This document shows positions 26,295 to 39,385 of a stretch of 64,000 nucleotides of DNA, one piece after another. The position numbers and the translations under genes are program-made. The notes under the pieces were generated by a model, which searched no databases, had not been told where the DNA came from, and saw only the letters and a list, made by a program, of their open reading frames with translations. Numbering within the stretch: the stretch's first letter is position 1; the number at the start of each line of letters is the position of its first letter. The DNA comes from Camelus ferus (Eukaryota): assembly GCF_009834535.1 (NCBI RefSeq), contig NC_045696.1:107820001-107884000 (forward strand), written 5' to 3'.

Positions 26295-26492
26295 GGAAAA
26301 AGCCTATTTCTTAAACAGAATTTGCCATTGACTGTTGGTTCTACACTAACAGTAAAGCAGAAACTTAAATACTTCTGTTTTTGGAAAGCCTGTATGAAGA
26401 CTCTGGGAAGTTAAATAATTTAGGAAAATCCAGGTTACATCCCCAACTCTTACATAGGTGAATAGTGCAAATAGCTCTTTATTCAATCTTAC

Positions 26493-26668
26493 CATCGCTG
26501 GCTGGCTTCACCAGGTCAAGCATCTGGCACAGCAAATCATGGAATGGCAAGGGCTCAATGCCCATGGCTTCCATCCGTTCACACTGCTCCTCATAGAAGT
26601 ATTCCAGCTCATACATGGAGAGTACACCATCCCCATCCAAGTCCATGCAGCGGAACCAATACTCAATG
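26493..26668 (-). CDS. PPP2R3A: PPP2R3A coding exon (exon 11), 176 nt, (S)IEYWFRCMDLDGDGVLSMYELEYFYEEQCERMEAMGIEPLPFHDLLCQMLDLVKPASD(G); contains EF-hand 2 loop DLDGDGVLSMYE
   Basis: Acceptor CTCCTAG|C with an upstream CTAAT branch-point-like motif, donor ATG|GTAAGA; phase 2-1. Confidence 0.97.
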
Positions 26669-26848
26669 CTAGGAGATACTGGACACTCATTAGCAATGGC
26701 CTGTTAAAGGTCCTTTACTCACCTAGACTTACTATTGTCTATGTTTCTTTTCAAATGAAAGTTATGTATGTGTATACTTTAGACTCAGACACAGTTTTAC
26801 AAAATTTGTTAGAAAAAAATGGCAGACCTCCTCTTTATTTTCCCTTCT

Positions 26849-28690
26849 TCTGAACAGACCAATTGCTAATAAGGAGATTGAATCAGTTATGAAAAATTTC
26901 CCAACAAACAAAAGTTGAGGATCAGACAGATTTACTAGTGAATTCTAAATATCTAAAAAGAATAAACAATGGCCCTTCTTGAACTCTCCTAAAAAACAGA
27001 AGAGGAAAGAACATCCTAACTCATTTTATGAGGCCAGCATTACCCTTGATAACAAAACCAGACAAGGATACCACAAGAAAAGAAAATTACAGATCAATAT
27101 TCCTGATGAATATATATGCAAAAATACTCAACAAAATATTAGCAAACTGAATTAAACAATGCAGTAAAAGGATTATACCAAGAATATTCCAGGAATGCAA
27201 GAATGGTTCAACATCTGCAAATCAATCAATGTGATACACTACATTAACACAAGGAAAGGTGAAAACACATAATCACCTAAATAGACGTAGAAAAAACACT
27301 TTACAAAATTCAACATCTCTTTATTATAAAAACTCTCAACAAAGTGGGTACAGAGGGAACATACCTCAACATAATAAGGGTCATATATGACAAGCCCATA
27401 GCTAACATTATACTCAATGGTGAAAAGCTGAAAGCTTTTCCTCTAAGATAAGGAACAAGAAAAAGGTACCTAATCTTGCTGTTTTTAGTCAATGTAGTAC
27501 TGGAAGTCCTAGCCAGAGCAATTATGCAAGGAAAATAAATAAAAGCCATCCAAATTTGAAATGGAGAAGTAAAACTGTCACTCTTTGCAGATCATATATT
27601 ATATATAGAAAATCCTAAAGATTCCACCAAAACACTGTTAGAGTAATTGAACTCAGTAAAATTGCAGGATACAAAATCAATATACAAAAATCATTGCATT
27701 TCTATACACTAACAATAAACTAGCAGAAAGATGAAGAATCCTGTTTACAAGTTGCATCAATAATAAAATAAAATATCTTGGAATAAATTTAAACAAAAAG
27801 GTGAAAGATCTGTGCACTGAAAAGCACAGGACACTAGTGGATGAAACTGAAGATACACACAAATTGAAAGATATTCCATTTCCATGGACTAGAAGAATTA
27901 ACATTGTTAAAGTGTCCGTACTACCCAAAGCTACCTACAGATTAAATGCAATTCCTATCAAAATTCCAATGGCATTTTTCACATAAATAGAACAAACAAC
28001 CCTAAAATTTGTATGGAACCACAAAAGATCCCAAATAGCCAAAGCAATCTTGAGCAAGAAGAACAAAGGTGGAGCATCACACTACTTCATTTAAAAATAT
28101 ACTACGAAGCTATAGTAATCAAAACAGTATGGTGGTCATAAAAATAGACACATAGATCAATGGAACAGAATAGGGCCCAGAAATAAACCCACATATATAG
28201 TTAACAAAAGAGCTAAGAATATACAGTAGGGGAAAGGATAGTCTCTTTAATAAACGATGTCAGGAAAACTGGACCACCATCTTACACCATATACAAAAGT
28301 TAACTCAAAATGGATTAAAGACTTGAATGTAAGACTTGCAACTGTAAAACTTCTAGCTTTGAGGCAATGAGCTCCTTGACACTGGCAATGATTCTTTTTG
28401 ATCTGGCACCAAAAGCAAACCAAAAAAGTAAAAAATAAACAAGTGAGATTATATCAAACTAAAAAGCTTCTGCACAGCAAAGAAAACCATCAACAAAATA
28501 AAAAGGCAACCTACTGAATAAGAGAACATATTTGCAAATTATATCAAATTATATATCTGATAAGGGGTTAATATCCAAAATATATAAAAAACTCATATAA
28601 CTCAACAGCAAAAAACCAAACAACCTAATTTTAAAATGGCAGAGGAGCTGAATAGACATTTTTTTCCAAGAGACAGAAATTTACAAATGG
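26849..28690 (+). mobile_element. L1 ORF2 (RT to C-terminal) segment without a 3' end
   Basis: ORF 27801..27986 ([39 protein letters not shown]) is L1 ORF2. Confidence 0.92.
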
Positions 28691-31600
28691 CCATTAGTAT
28701 ATCTTTTTAAAGAAATGTCTATTTAGATCCTTTGTCTATTTTTTAATTGAGCTGCTTTCCTGCTATTGAATTGAGTTCCTTATGTATTTTCAATATTAAC
28801 TCTTTACCATATGTATCGTTTGCATGTACTTTCTCTGATTCCATAGGTTCTCTCTTCATTCTGTTGACTGCTTCCTACTAGAAGCTTTCTAGTTTTATTC
28901 AATCCTATTTGTCTATTTTTGCTTTTGTGCTTGTGCTTTTGGGTCATATCCCTCCAAATCAAATTTCACAGACCAGTGTCAGTAAGTTTGTTCCCTATGT
29001 TTTCGTCTAGTAGTTTTATAGTTTCAGGTCTTATACTTTAGTCTTTAATCCATTTTGAGTTGACTTTTTATAGTTGAGATAAGGGTCCAATTTAATTCTT
29101 TTGTATATAGATAGCCAGTTTTCCCAACACCCTTCATTGAAGAGACTATCCTTTCCTCATGTGTGTTCTTGGTATCTCTGTTGAAGATCAATTGACCATA
29201 AATGCACAGATTTATTTCTGGGTTTTCTATTCTGTTCCATTAATATATATGTCTGTTTTATGCCAATACCATGCTGTTTTGATTATTATAGTTTTATTGA
29301 ATATTTTAAAATCAGGTAGTGTGATACCTCCAGCTTTATTTTTGTTCAAGATTTTTTTTGTTATTTTGTACTTCTGTATGAATTTTAGGGTTGTTCTTAT
29401 TTTTTTTTTGTGAAAAATGTCATTGGAATTTTGATAGGTATTGCATTGAATCTGTAGATCACTTTCAGTAGTATGCATATTTTAACAATATCCATTCTTC
29501 CAACTCATGAAGATAGGATATCTTTCTATTTTTTGCACCCTCTTCAAATTCTTTCATCAAGATTTCATACATTTCAGTGTACATATCTTTAACCTCCCAG
29601 GTTAAATATATTCCTGTGTGTTTTATTTTATTTGATGCTATTGTACATGGGACCATTTTCTTAATTTCCTTTTCAGATACTTTGTTGTTAGTGTATAGAA
29701 ATGCAAATAATTTTTGTAGTTTTATTTTGTATTCTGCAACTTTATTGAATTCATTTATTAGTTCTAACAGTTTTTTTTTTTTTTGTAGTCTTTAAAGGTT
29801 TTCTACATATGATATTATGTCATCGGCAAAGAAAGAAAATTTTACTTCTTCCTTTCTGGTTTGGATATCTTTTCTTTTGCTTGCCTAATTAGTCCTGCTA
29901 GTTGAATAAAGGTGGCAAGAATGGGTATATTTGTCTTGTTCCTGATCTCAGAGGAAAAGCTTTCATATTTTTACCACTGAGTATGATGCCAGCTGTCATA
30001 CACAGTCTTTATCATGTTGAGGTACATTCCTGATACACCTAACTTGAGAATTTTTTTTTTTTATCTCTAAAGGGTGTTGAATTTTGTCAAATGCTTTCCT
30101 ATATTTATTGAATTGATATATTTTTTTATCCTTCATTCTTTTAATATGGTATATGACATTTACTGCTTTGTATGTCAAACCATCCTTGCATCCTAGGCAC
30201 AAACCCCACTTGATGGCGGTGCATAATCATTTAAATAAGTTGCTGAATTCATTTTGCTGGTATTTTGTTGAGGATTTCTTTATCTATGTTTATCAGGGAC
30301 GTTGGCCTGCAATTTTCTTATAGTGTCCTTATCTGGTATGAGGGTAACACTGGTCTCATAAAGTGAATTTGGGAATATTCCCTCCTCTTCAGTTTTTTGG
30401 AAGAGCTGGAGAATAATTTGCATTCATTCCTCCTTTGCTGGCGGAATTCAGCTGTGAAGTCATTAGGTCTTGGGCTTTTCCTTTTGGGGAGGTTAATTAC
30501 TGATTCTATCTCCTTACTTGTTATTTGTTCAGATTTTCTATTCAGTCTTGGTAGGCTGTACATTTCTAGGAATTTATCCATTCCTTCTAGGTTATCTAAT
30601 TTGTTGACACATTAATGTTCACAGTAGTCTCATATGATCTTTTGTGTTTCTGTTGTAAAGTCTCCTCTTTCACTTATAATTTTATTTGAGTCTTCTTTTT
30701 TCTTAGTCTAGCTAAAGGTTTGTTAATTTTGCTCACCTTGTCAAAAAACCAAAGATTCATTGATCTTTCCTAGTCTCTATGTCATTTATTTCTGCTCTGA
30801 ACTTTATCATTTCCTTCTTTCTGCTAACTTCAGGTTCAGTTTGTTCTTTTTTAGTTTTTTTAGGTGTAAAGTTGTTTATTTGTGATCTTTCTATTTTTCT
30901 TATGTAGGCATTTGTTGCTATAAATTTCCCTCTTAGAACTGCTTTTTTAGATGGTAAATCAATCTTGTATTTTGGGGGTAAGTTTCACTTGCTCGTGGTA
31001 CACAATCTTTTTCATATTTTGCTAGATTCAGTTTCCTAATTTTGTTGAGTATTTTTTGCATCTGTATTCATAAAGAATAGTGGTTTGAAGTTTTCTTGTA
31101 ATATTTTGTCTGGTTTTGGTATCTGGGTAATATTGGCCTCATGAAAGGAATTTGGAAATGTTCCTTCCTCTTTTATTTTTTTTAAGAGTTTGTAAAGAAT
31201 TGTTACTATTTTTTAAATGTTTGATAGTGTTCTCTAGTGAGGCCAACTCAGCCTGGGATTATTCTTCCTATTCAGATTTTTAATTTCTTCTTGAACCAGT
31301 TTAGTAGTTTGTGTCTCTCTAGGTAATTTGTTCATTTTGTCTAAGTTACCTAATTTATTAGCAGAAAGTTGTTGTATATATCTACTATAATCCTTTTTAT
31401 TCCTATATGGTCAGTACTCACGTTCCCTCTTCATTCCGACCTTAATCTGTATGTTCTCTTTCTTCTTGATTAGGATAGCTAAAGCCTTATCAATATTATT
31501 GATCTTTTCAAAAGAAATGACTTTTGGCACCACTGATTTTATTTTCCTATTCTCTCATTTATGCATTCTAATCTTTATTCTTTTCTTCTTTCTGTTTGCT

Positions 31601-32911
31601 AATTTTCTTTTACTCTTTTTTCCTGGTTTCTTAAAGTGGAAGGTTAGGTTATTGACTTAAGACATTTCTTCTTTTTCAATATATGGATTTACAGGAAGAA
31701 ATTTTCTTTGTACTGCTTTTGTTACATCCCGTAAGTTTTGGTATACTGTTTTCCTTTTCATTCATCTTAAAGTTTTGGTATGCTGTGTCTTCATTTTCAT
31801 TAATTTTAAATAATTTTCTAATTTCTTTTATGTATTCTTCTTTGATCCACTGGTTATTTAAGCAGTGCATTGTTTCTATTTATTTGTGACTTCCTACATT
31901 TCCTTCTGTTATTATTAATTTTATTCTGGTCAGAGAACATAATTTATATAATTTCACTTTTTATATTCTTGAAGGCTATTACGTGGCCTACCACATATTC
32001 TAACCTGGAGAATGTTCTATATGTGCACTTGAGAAGAATACATATTCTACTGTTCTTAGCTTGTGTTCTATAGATATCTGTTAGGTTTATTGGTTTTTGG
32101 TTTCATTTATAGTGTTATTCATGAATTTTATTTCCTTGTTGATCTCCTTCCTGGCTGTTTTGTCTATTACCAAAAGCAGGGTACTGAAGTCTCCAAATGC
32201 TACTGCTGAATTGTTTATTTTTCCTTACAATTTCCTTACAATTTTTATTTCATATATTTTAGGGCTTTGTGCTGCTAGGTGTATATATGTTTATAATTGT
32301 ATGTCTTTCTGTGGGACTGATCCTTTTATGAAATAAGATGTTCTTTTTTGTCTGTTGTAACAATTTTTTTATTAAAGTCTATGACCTCTGATATTTATAT
32401 AGCCACTCTAGGTTTCTTATGGTTGTTATTTGTATGATGTATCTTGATCTTTTGTATTTCTTTTTGCACCCTTTTGTATCTTTAAATCTAATATGTATCT
32501 CATGTAGACAGTACAGAATTGTATCCAAAAAACGTGTTTTTCTGATTCAGTCTGAAAAATAAAATTTCTGCCTTTTGACAATATGATGAATCCATTCACA
32601 TTTAATGTTATTATTGTTATACTTAGACTTATGCCCGTCATTTTACTTTTTCTTTTCTATGTATCTTGGAGCTTTTCCTCTATTTTTCCTTTACTGCTTT
32701 CTTTTACATTAAGTGAGTATTTTCTAAATGGAACATTTTAACTCTTAATGATTTTTTTCACTATGCATTTTTGAGTTAATTTCCTACTGGTTGCTCTAAG
32801 GCTTACCATATACATTTTAACTTCTTAAATTACTTCAGATTTATACTTAGTTCCAGTGAGATTTTAAATGTTACCCCTATATAACTCTATTCTCTCTTCT
32901 TTCTTGTTGTG

Positions 32912-32961
<50 letters not shown>

Positions 32962-33120
32962 CATCTCTATATATTACAGACCCAACAATAATTATTCCTG
33001 TATATAATTTGTTTTTCAAAGAAGCTGAGAGGAGAAAGGAGAGCACGTGTATAATCACAAAGTTTGTTATATTAACCTGCTTTATTATCATTTCTAGTTC
33101 TCTTCATTTGTTCCTACGGG
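28691..33120 (-). mobile_element. L1 ORF2 segments on the minus strand (at least two pieces, junction near 30950) without a 3' end
   Basis: ORFs 29227..29478 ([19 protein letters not shown]), 30318..30581 (MDKFLE.YSLPRLN) and 32426..32641 (SITIITLNVNG, EN start). Confidence 0.9.
32913..32958. repeat. (TA)23 microsatellite
   Basis: Direct read. Confidence 0.95.
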
Positions 33121-34494
33121 GTAACGGGACAAAATGGGAAGTATTTGAGGAAAGCTTTTCCATAACTAAGTAAATATGAAAGATAAAAGATTGAAATTGA
33201 GAGGATTAATAGAACAGCAAAAAGGCAAGAAACAGAAAAATACAGACTTCAAATCTTTGGAAATTTAAGTAATTAAAACAACCTAAGTACTCTAAATAAT
33301 GGATTAATGATAAAATGATTATAAACATGCATACTTGCATAGAAATATCCTCCTATATGAAAAAGTGTATTACAAAATTGTATTGTATGATACCATTTAG
33401 CATACTATGTCATTTGGTGCAGAGAGAAAGAGAGGGCAGAGGACTATAAGGAGGGGATGAAGGGAAGAAGAAGGGGGAGAGAGGAAGTAGGATGAGAAGA
33501 AGGTGTGAAAGGACATATACCAAAATGTTAACTATGGGTCATGCAATTATGAATGAATTTTATATTAAGGCTTCTGAATATTTGTATTTTATAATTTTTA
33601 ATATTTAATGTGTATTTGTGATAAAACAATAAACTTATACAAATTAATCCAGCAGAAATGAGTAAAAGATATGAAAAGGCAAGTCATCTAAGATGAAATA
33701 AAAATGGCCAAAAATATATGAAAAAAATTCAGTCTCACTAGCAATCAAAGAAACGCAAAATAAGATAATACTAAATTTTTATTTATCAAGTTTGAAAATA
33801 TTTTATTGATATTGATATAAATATTGATAAAATTATTAATTTATCAAGAGGAAGACTCCTAGTATTAAGGGTTATAGGAAATATGCTCAATACTTTGTTA
33901 ATAAAGTATAAAATTATAGTTTTTCTGAAAAGCAGTTTAATAATTTTTATAAATGCTCTTAAAAATGTCTCCTTTAACCTTAGCAGGTCCTTTTTGGGAG
34001 AGTTTAAGGGAAAAAACAGTGGGTGTGACAAGTATTCAGCTAAAGCTAGAGGATATTTAGTAGAGCATTCTATGAAAATTTTGGAGTGTATAGTATCTAG
34101 GATTTAATCCTATGGAATTAATCTTAATGTCCAAAGAGTATGTAAACGTTTATATGAAAAAACTATATAACACATATTAACTCTTAATAGTCTTTTTCTG
34201 AGTGTTAGAATTATTAGCATTAAAATTTGTTTTCTTCTGCTTTATCCATGTTATCCATAATGAACAACAAATTACTATTTTTGAAATGGACAACAAAGTT
34301 ATTTAAAATAATATAATAAGCTGCCCGAAATAGCTTAGTTTTATTTCTGTTTTAATGATTTCAAAACCATACATCCAACATTTAGATAACATCTTGAACT
34401 ACCATGCAGACAGCTGAGTCAATGACACCCGCGAGCAGCATCAGGGATGGCTGCCTCTCTCTCCCTCGGTACTAAGCACAAGCTATGTGCAGGG

Positions 34495-34585
34495 CACTGT
34501 GTCACACAAGCTAGGAAGAAAAACAGAGGGACACAGATGTTTGTAGCCCTCTCTTCTTTTTCTTCCTAGCTTGTGTAACACAATG
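34495..34585. repeat. Short inverted repeat (hairpin) with 29-bp arms, inside an L2 remnant
   Basis: ACACAAGCTAGGAAGAAAAA (34504-34523) is the exact reverse complement of TTTTTCTTCCTAGCTTGTGT (34557-34576). Confidence 0.9.
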
Positions 34586-34941
34586 TTATAGATGTGTAAA
34601 CTCACAGCTACAAATCAGGTATGCCAAGGGAAGGGAGAGATGATTCTAAATGGGGGAATGAGGGCATGTTCTCATATATCAGTCATCCACAATTTGCTCT
34701 TCTTTCCTCTCCAATTTACTACTGAACCAGGAAGATCAGGAAACAACTAAAATTCACAGTATGTAGTCTTATATTCCACATAAATGCTTACCAGTCCTAC
34801 TTACCCTTCAGGGCCAGCTCACATCACCTCACCTTTGTTTCTGGGGGTAAGGGCTCCTGATATGCTGTGACTATGGATTCAGTCTGAGAGGGCAGAGACT
34901 ATGTCTGTTCCATCTTGGCAAAGGAAACTTGGAAGTCATAC

Positions 34942-35031
34942 CTGGTAGGGTTCCTTTTGTCTTCCTCGGAGATCAAAAACCAAACAAAATCGGCATAGCT
35001 CATTCTTCCCTCTTTCTGTAATGTTTTTCCC
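34942..35031 (-). CDS. PPP2R3A: PPP2R3A coding exon (exon 10), 90 nt, (R)GKTLQKEGRMSYADFVWFLISEEDKRNPT(S)
   Basis: Acceptor CTTCAG|G, donor CAG|GTATGA; phase 2-2. Confidence 0.96.
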
Positions 35032-35487
35032 CTGAAGAAAACATATGGTTATAACATTTCCTGAGCAGTTACTTAGGTAAATTTAGTAGGATGACAGACT
35101 AAGAGATAAAGTAACATCTTTCTCTGGAAATTAAGTTAAAAAAATTACAATGCTAGAAACCTCACAAAAGGCAACCCCTTTCCATTGCCTATCTTGTTTT
35201 CAAAGGCCTAGAGGTTGAAACCAGAAAGCATTTGCAGATATGAAGAAATCTGCTTTCTAATGTAAATGCAAATAATCACCAGGTGAAGCACTGTTACCTG
35301 TATTTAGATAAAGGACTAATGCCCATATATAAAAGAGTTACTACTGTCTTATATGAAGCCATTACTCCATGTTTTGTAGAGTATTATTATCTGACCTACA
35401 GCATGGCCAAATTATTCAGGAAGCCTTGCTAAAATGAGATTGTTACAGTATTGTAGTTCATTTTTAAACTCAGATGCTTTTTCTTAC

Positions 35488-35536
35488 CTTGTTACTGCCC
35501 CAGAGAATATCCTTTCAATAATCCTGTTTGATGAAG
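35488..35536 (-). CDS. PPP2R3A: PPP2R3A coding exon (exon 9), 49 nt, (A)SSNRIIERIFSGAVT(R)
   Basis: Acceptor TTTAG|CT, donor AAG|GTAAGA; phase 1-2 joins the flanking exons in frame. Confidence 0.95.
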
Positions 35537-35715
35537 CTAAATGTAAATAAAAAGTACAAAGCTAGTTAAAACATGCTCTCAAAGGGAATACTTTTGGCAA
35601 TTTATTTTTACAGCTTCAAGCTAAAACTTAATAATCTTCATGATGTGAATATGAGTAGTAACTTTTTACTTATGTATAATTTATATTTTTTGAAAGTAAG
35701 AATTTGAGATGGCTT

Positions 35716-35743
<28 letters not shown>
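35716..35743. repeat. (AATC)7 microsatellite
   Basis: Direct read. Confidence 0.95.
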
Positions 35744-35746
<3 letters not shown>

Positions 35747-37036
35747 ACAAAAGAACAGGCAAACGGATGTGCCTGACAGCTGCGGTGTATTAATATAGTT
35801 AAGCACCAAGTTGGTTCTGAATATACTGACAACTAAGACAAAAATGTACAAAATTTGTATTGATCTTGTTATTCAATAAGACAACTTTTCCTCTAAAACC
35901 AGACAAATTTTTTCCTAGCATTAAATTCAAAGGGGAACTGACTGTTGGCTCCTAATATAAGGGATCTGAGTAAAACGATGGAGAATGTTTTCATGTAGAA
36001 ATTTATAAAAGATACTGAAATATACCACAGATACTTTTCTTACATTCTCATCCTATAGAAGTCCAGGATATTATGCGACACATTGTACAATTTGTTAGAA
36101 ATTCCAGCACTAGGTTTTACTCAGAGAGGGACAATAATATCTTAAGACAGTATATTCCTTTTGATGATAGATCCTAGAGAATCTGTATCAGTGTACATCG
36201 CTGTGAGTTCAAAGTAACCAAAAGCATGAGTTTTAAAAAAGGAGATGCTAATGGATCTTGGACCCAGAGATGTGGTGAGGACAGGAATCTGTTCTTTCAG
36301 CCAGTGCCCCAGGCAAAGGCGTGCACACTAAAATTTCAGAACCAGTGATGAGGTCACCAGAGAGTTAGCAGCTATCAGCATCTAACTCTTCTGCACAGAG
36401 TCAGGCATAGTCAACATAAAGGTTAATTAGTTTGGTTGAAGAATGTTGAGCATATGTGTGTCAGCACAGCCATGCCTGGTTATGTACCAAAGGTTATATA
36501 AGGACCCTCTAGACTTTGTTGAACACTGGTTTATGGGGTTAATAATTTGTGCCAGATAGAAAAAAAGGGGGTTATATATCAAAGGCAAGGATATTCAATT
36601 CTGAAGCTAAAGTATTTTTGAAACACTTCTTTTATTTTTTTAAAGATTTGGAAGGTTTAACCTCCTAAAACTGAAGCTTATGTTGTCCCATTAAAGACAG
36701 GTTGGTGGGAGGGCAGTTATGCAGAGTTTCAGTGGCCCTTTCATTATGCAGGCCTAGATGCCAGCTGTTCTAGACTTCATTCCTTTAACATGCCTCTAAT
36801 GAGTTGCTACGTGTGTATACACAATATTTTGGGACTTAATCAGAACTGTAGTTATGCCAGCCAGAGAAGGTGCCTTAGAGACCACAGGGTTCTGCACGAC
36901 CTTTAGAGGCTAGCTCATGTTGTACAGATGATCTGACCACTGGTAACCAGAAGGTGCATAGCTAGTAAAGATGACCTGATACCCCTATGAGTATGTCCAT
37001 TTTTATGCTATTCCGGTAACAGGAAGGTTATGACTA

Positions 37037-39385
37037 TAGGCATACCTCAGAGGTATTGTGGGTTCGGCTCCAGACAACCTCAATAAGTGCATATCACAAT
37101 AAAGCAAGTTACGTGAATTTTTTGGTTTCCCAGTACATATAAGTTATGTTTATACTATACTGTAGCCTATAAGTGTGCAATAGCATTATGTCTAAAAAAA
37201 CTAGGTACATACCTTAATTAAAAATACTTTATTGCTAAAAAATGCTAACCATCATCTGAACCTTTAGCAAACTGTAATCTTTTTGCTGGTGGAGGCTCTT
37301 GCCTCAATGTTGATGACAGTTGACTAAGCAGGGTGGTGGCTGCTGAAGGCTGAGGTGGCTGTGGCAATTTTAAAAAATAAGACAACAATGAAGTTTGCTG
37401 AATGGATCGATTCTTTCCTTCACAAATGATTTCTCTGTAACATGCAATGCTGTTTGATAGCATTTTACCCACAGTAGAACTTCTTTCAAAATTGGAGAAA
37501 ATCCTCTCAAACTCTGCTGCTGCTTTGTCAACTAAGTTTGTGTCATATTCTAAATCCTTTGTTGTCATTTCTACAATCTTCACAGCATCTTCACCAGGAG
37601 TAGATTCCATCACAAGAAACTATTCTCTTTGCTCATCCATAAGCTGCAACTCCTCATCTATTAAAGTTTTATCATAGGATTGCAGCAAGTCAGTCACATC
37701 TTCAGGCTGTACTTTTAACTGTCTTGCTATTTCCAACACATCTGCAGTTACTTCCTCCACTGAAGTCTTGAACCCCTCAAAGTCATCCATGAGGGCTGGA
37801 ATCAACTTTTTCCAAACTGTTCATGGTGATATTTTGACCTCTTCCCATGAATCACATGTTCTTAATGGCATCTAGAATGATGATCCTTTCCGGTAGGTTA
37901 TCAGTTGACTTTGCCCAGATCCATCACAGGAATCTTTATCTATGGTAGCTATAGCTTTATGGAATGTATTTCTTAAATAAGACTTGAAAGTTGAAATTAC
38001 TCCATGGGCTGCAGAATGGATGCTGTGTTAGCAGGCATGTAAAGAACAGTAATCTCACTGTACATCTCCATTAGAGACCTTGGGTGACCAGGCACATTGT
38101 TAATGAGCAGTAATATTTTGAAAGGAATCTTTTTTTCCTAAGCAGTGGGTCTCAATAGTGGGCTTAAAATATACAGAAAACCATGTTGTAAACAGATGTG
38201 CTGTTATCCAGGCTTTGTTGTTCTATTTATAAAGCGCAGGTAGAAAAGATTTAGCATAATTCTTATGAGCCCTAGGACTCTCAGAAAGGTAAGTGAGCAT
38301 TGGCTTCAACTTAAAGTCACCAGCTGCATTAGCCCCTCACAAGAGAGTCAGCCTGTCGTTTGAGGTGTTGAATCCAGGCATTGACTTCTCTCTAGCTATG
38401 AAAGTCCTAGACGGCATCTTCTTCCAATACAGGGCTGTTCTGTCTACACTGAAAATCTGTTGTTTAGTGTAGCCACCTTTATTAACTGTCTTAGCTAGAT
38501 CTGGATAACTTGCTGCTTCGCCCTGTACTTTTATATTATAGAAATGGCTTCTTTCCTTAAACCTTATGAACCAACTTCTGCTAGTTTCCAACTTCCCTTC
38601 TGTAGCTTCATCTCTCTTAGCCTTCATGGAATTGAAGAGAGACAGGGCTTTGTTCTGCATGAAGACTTAGCTTAAGAGAATGTTGTGACTTGTTTGATCT
38701 TCTTTCCAGATCACTAAAACTTTCTCCATATCAGCAAACAAGGCTATTTCACTTTTTTTGTTATCATTCGTGTGTTCACTGGACTAGCACTTTTAATTTC
38801 CTTCGAGAACTTTTCTTTGCATTCATTCACAACTTGGCCAACTGTTTGGCACAAGAAGCCTACTTTTCCACCTATCTTGGCTTTCAACTTGTCTTCCTCA
38901 CTAAGCTTAATCATTTCTAGCTTTTGATTTAAAGTGAGAGTCGTGTGACTCTTCCTTTCACTTGAACACTTAGAGGCCACTATAGGGCTATTCATTGACT
39001 TAATTTCAATATTGCTGTGTCTCAGAGAACAGAGAGGACTGGGACAGGGAGCGAGACAGGGAAATATCTGGTTGGTGGAGCAGTCAGAAGGTACACAACA
39101 TTTATCGATCAAGTTGGCTACGATACAGGAGCAGTTCATGGCACCCCAAAACAATTACAAAAGTAACATCAAAGATCACTGACCACAGATCACCATAACA
39201 AATATAATAATAATGAAAAAGTTTGAAATATTGTGCGAATGACCAAAATGTGACACAGAGACACTAAGTGAACAAATGCTGTTGGAAAAATGGCACCAAT
39301 AGGTTTGTTCAACGTAGGACCTTCAATTTGTAAAAAATACTGCAAAGCACAATAAAGCAAAGTGAAATAAAATGAGGTATGCCTG
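37037..39385 (-). mobile_element. Near-full-length Tigger1 (TcMar-pogo) DNA transposon with a disrupted transposase
   Basis: TIR (C/T)AGGCATACCTC...GAGGTATGCCTG with TA TSDs (37035-36, 39386-87); ORFs 38744..39154 ([27 protein letters not shown]), 38337..38660 ([20 protein letters not shown]) and 37245..37613. Confidence 0.95.

Noticed and set aside
26458..26853. 131-aa antisense ORF over exon 11
   Set aside because: Shadow ORF of the coding exon, with a non-ATG start and no independent support
37245..39154. Domesticated transposase gene (TIGD1-like)
   Set aside because: The coding region is split across several frames with stops and retains TIRs, as in a neutrally decayed Tigger1
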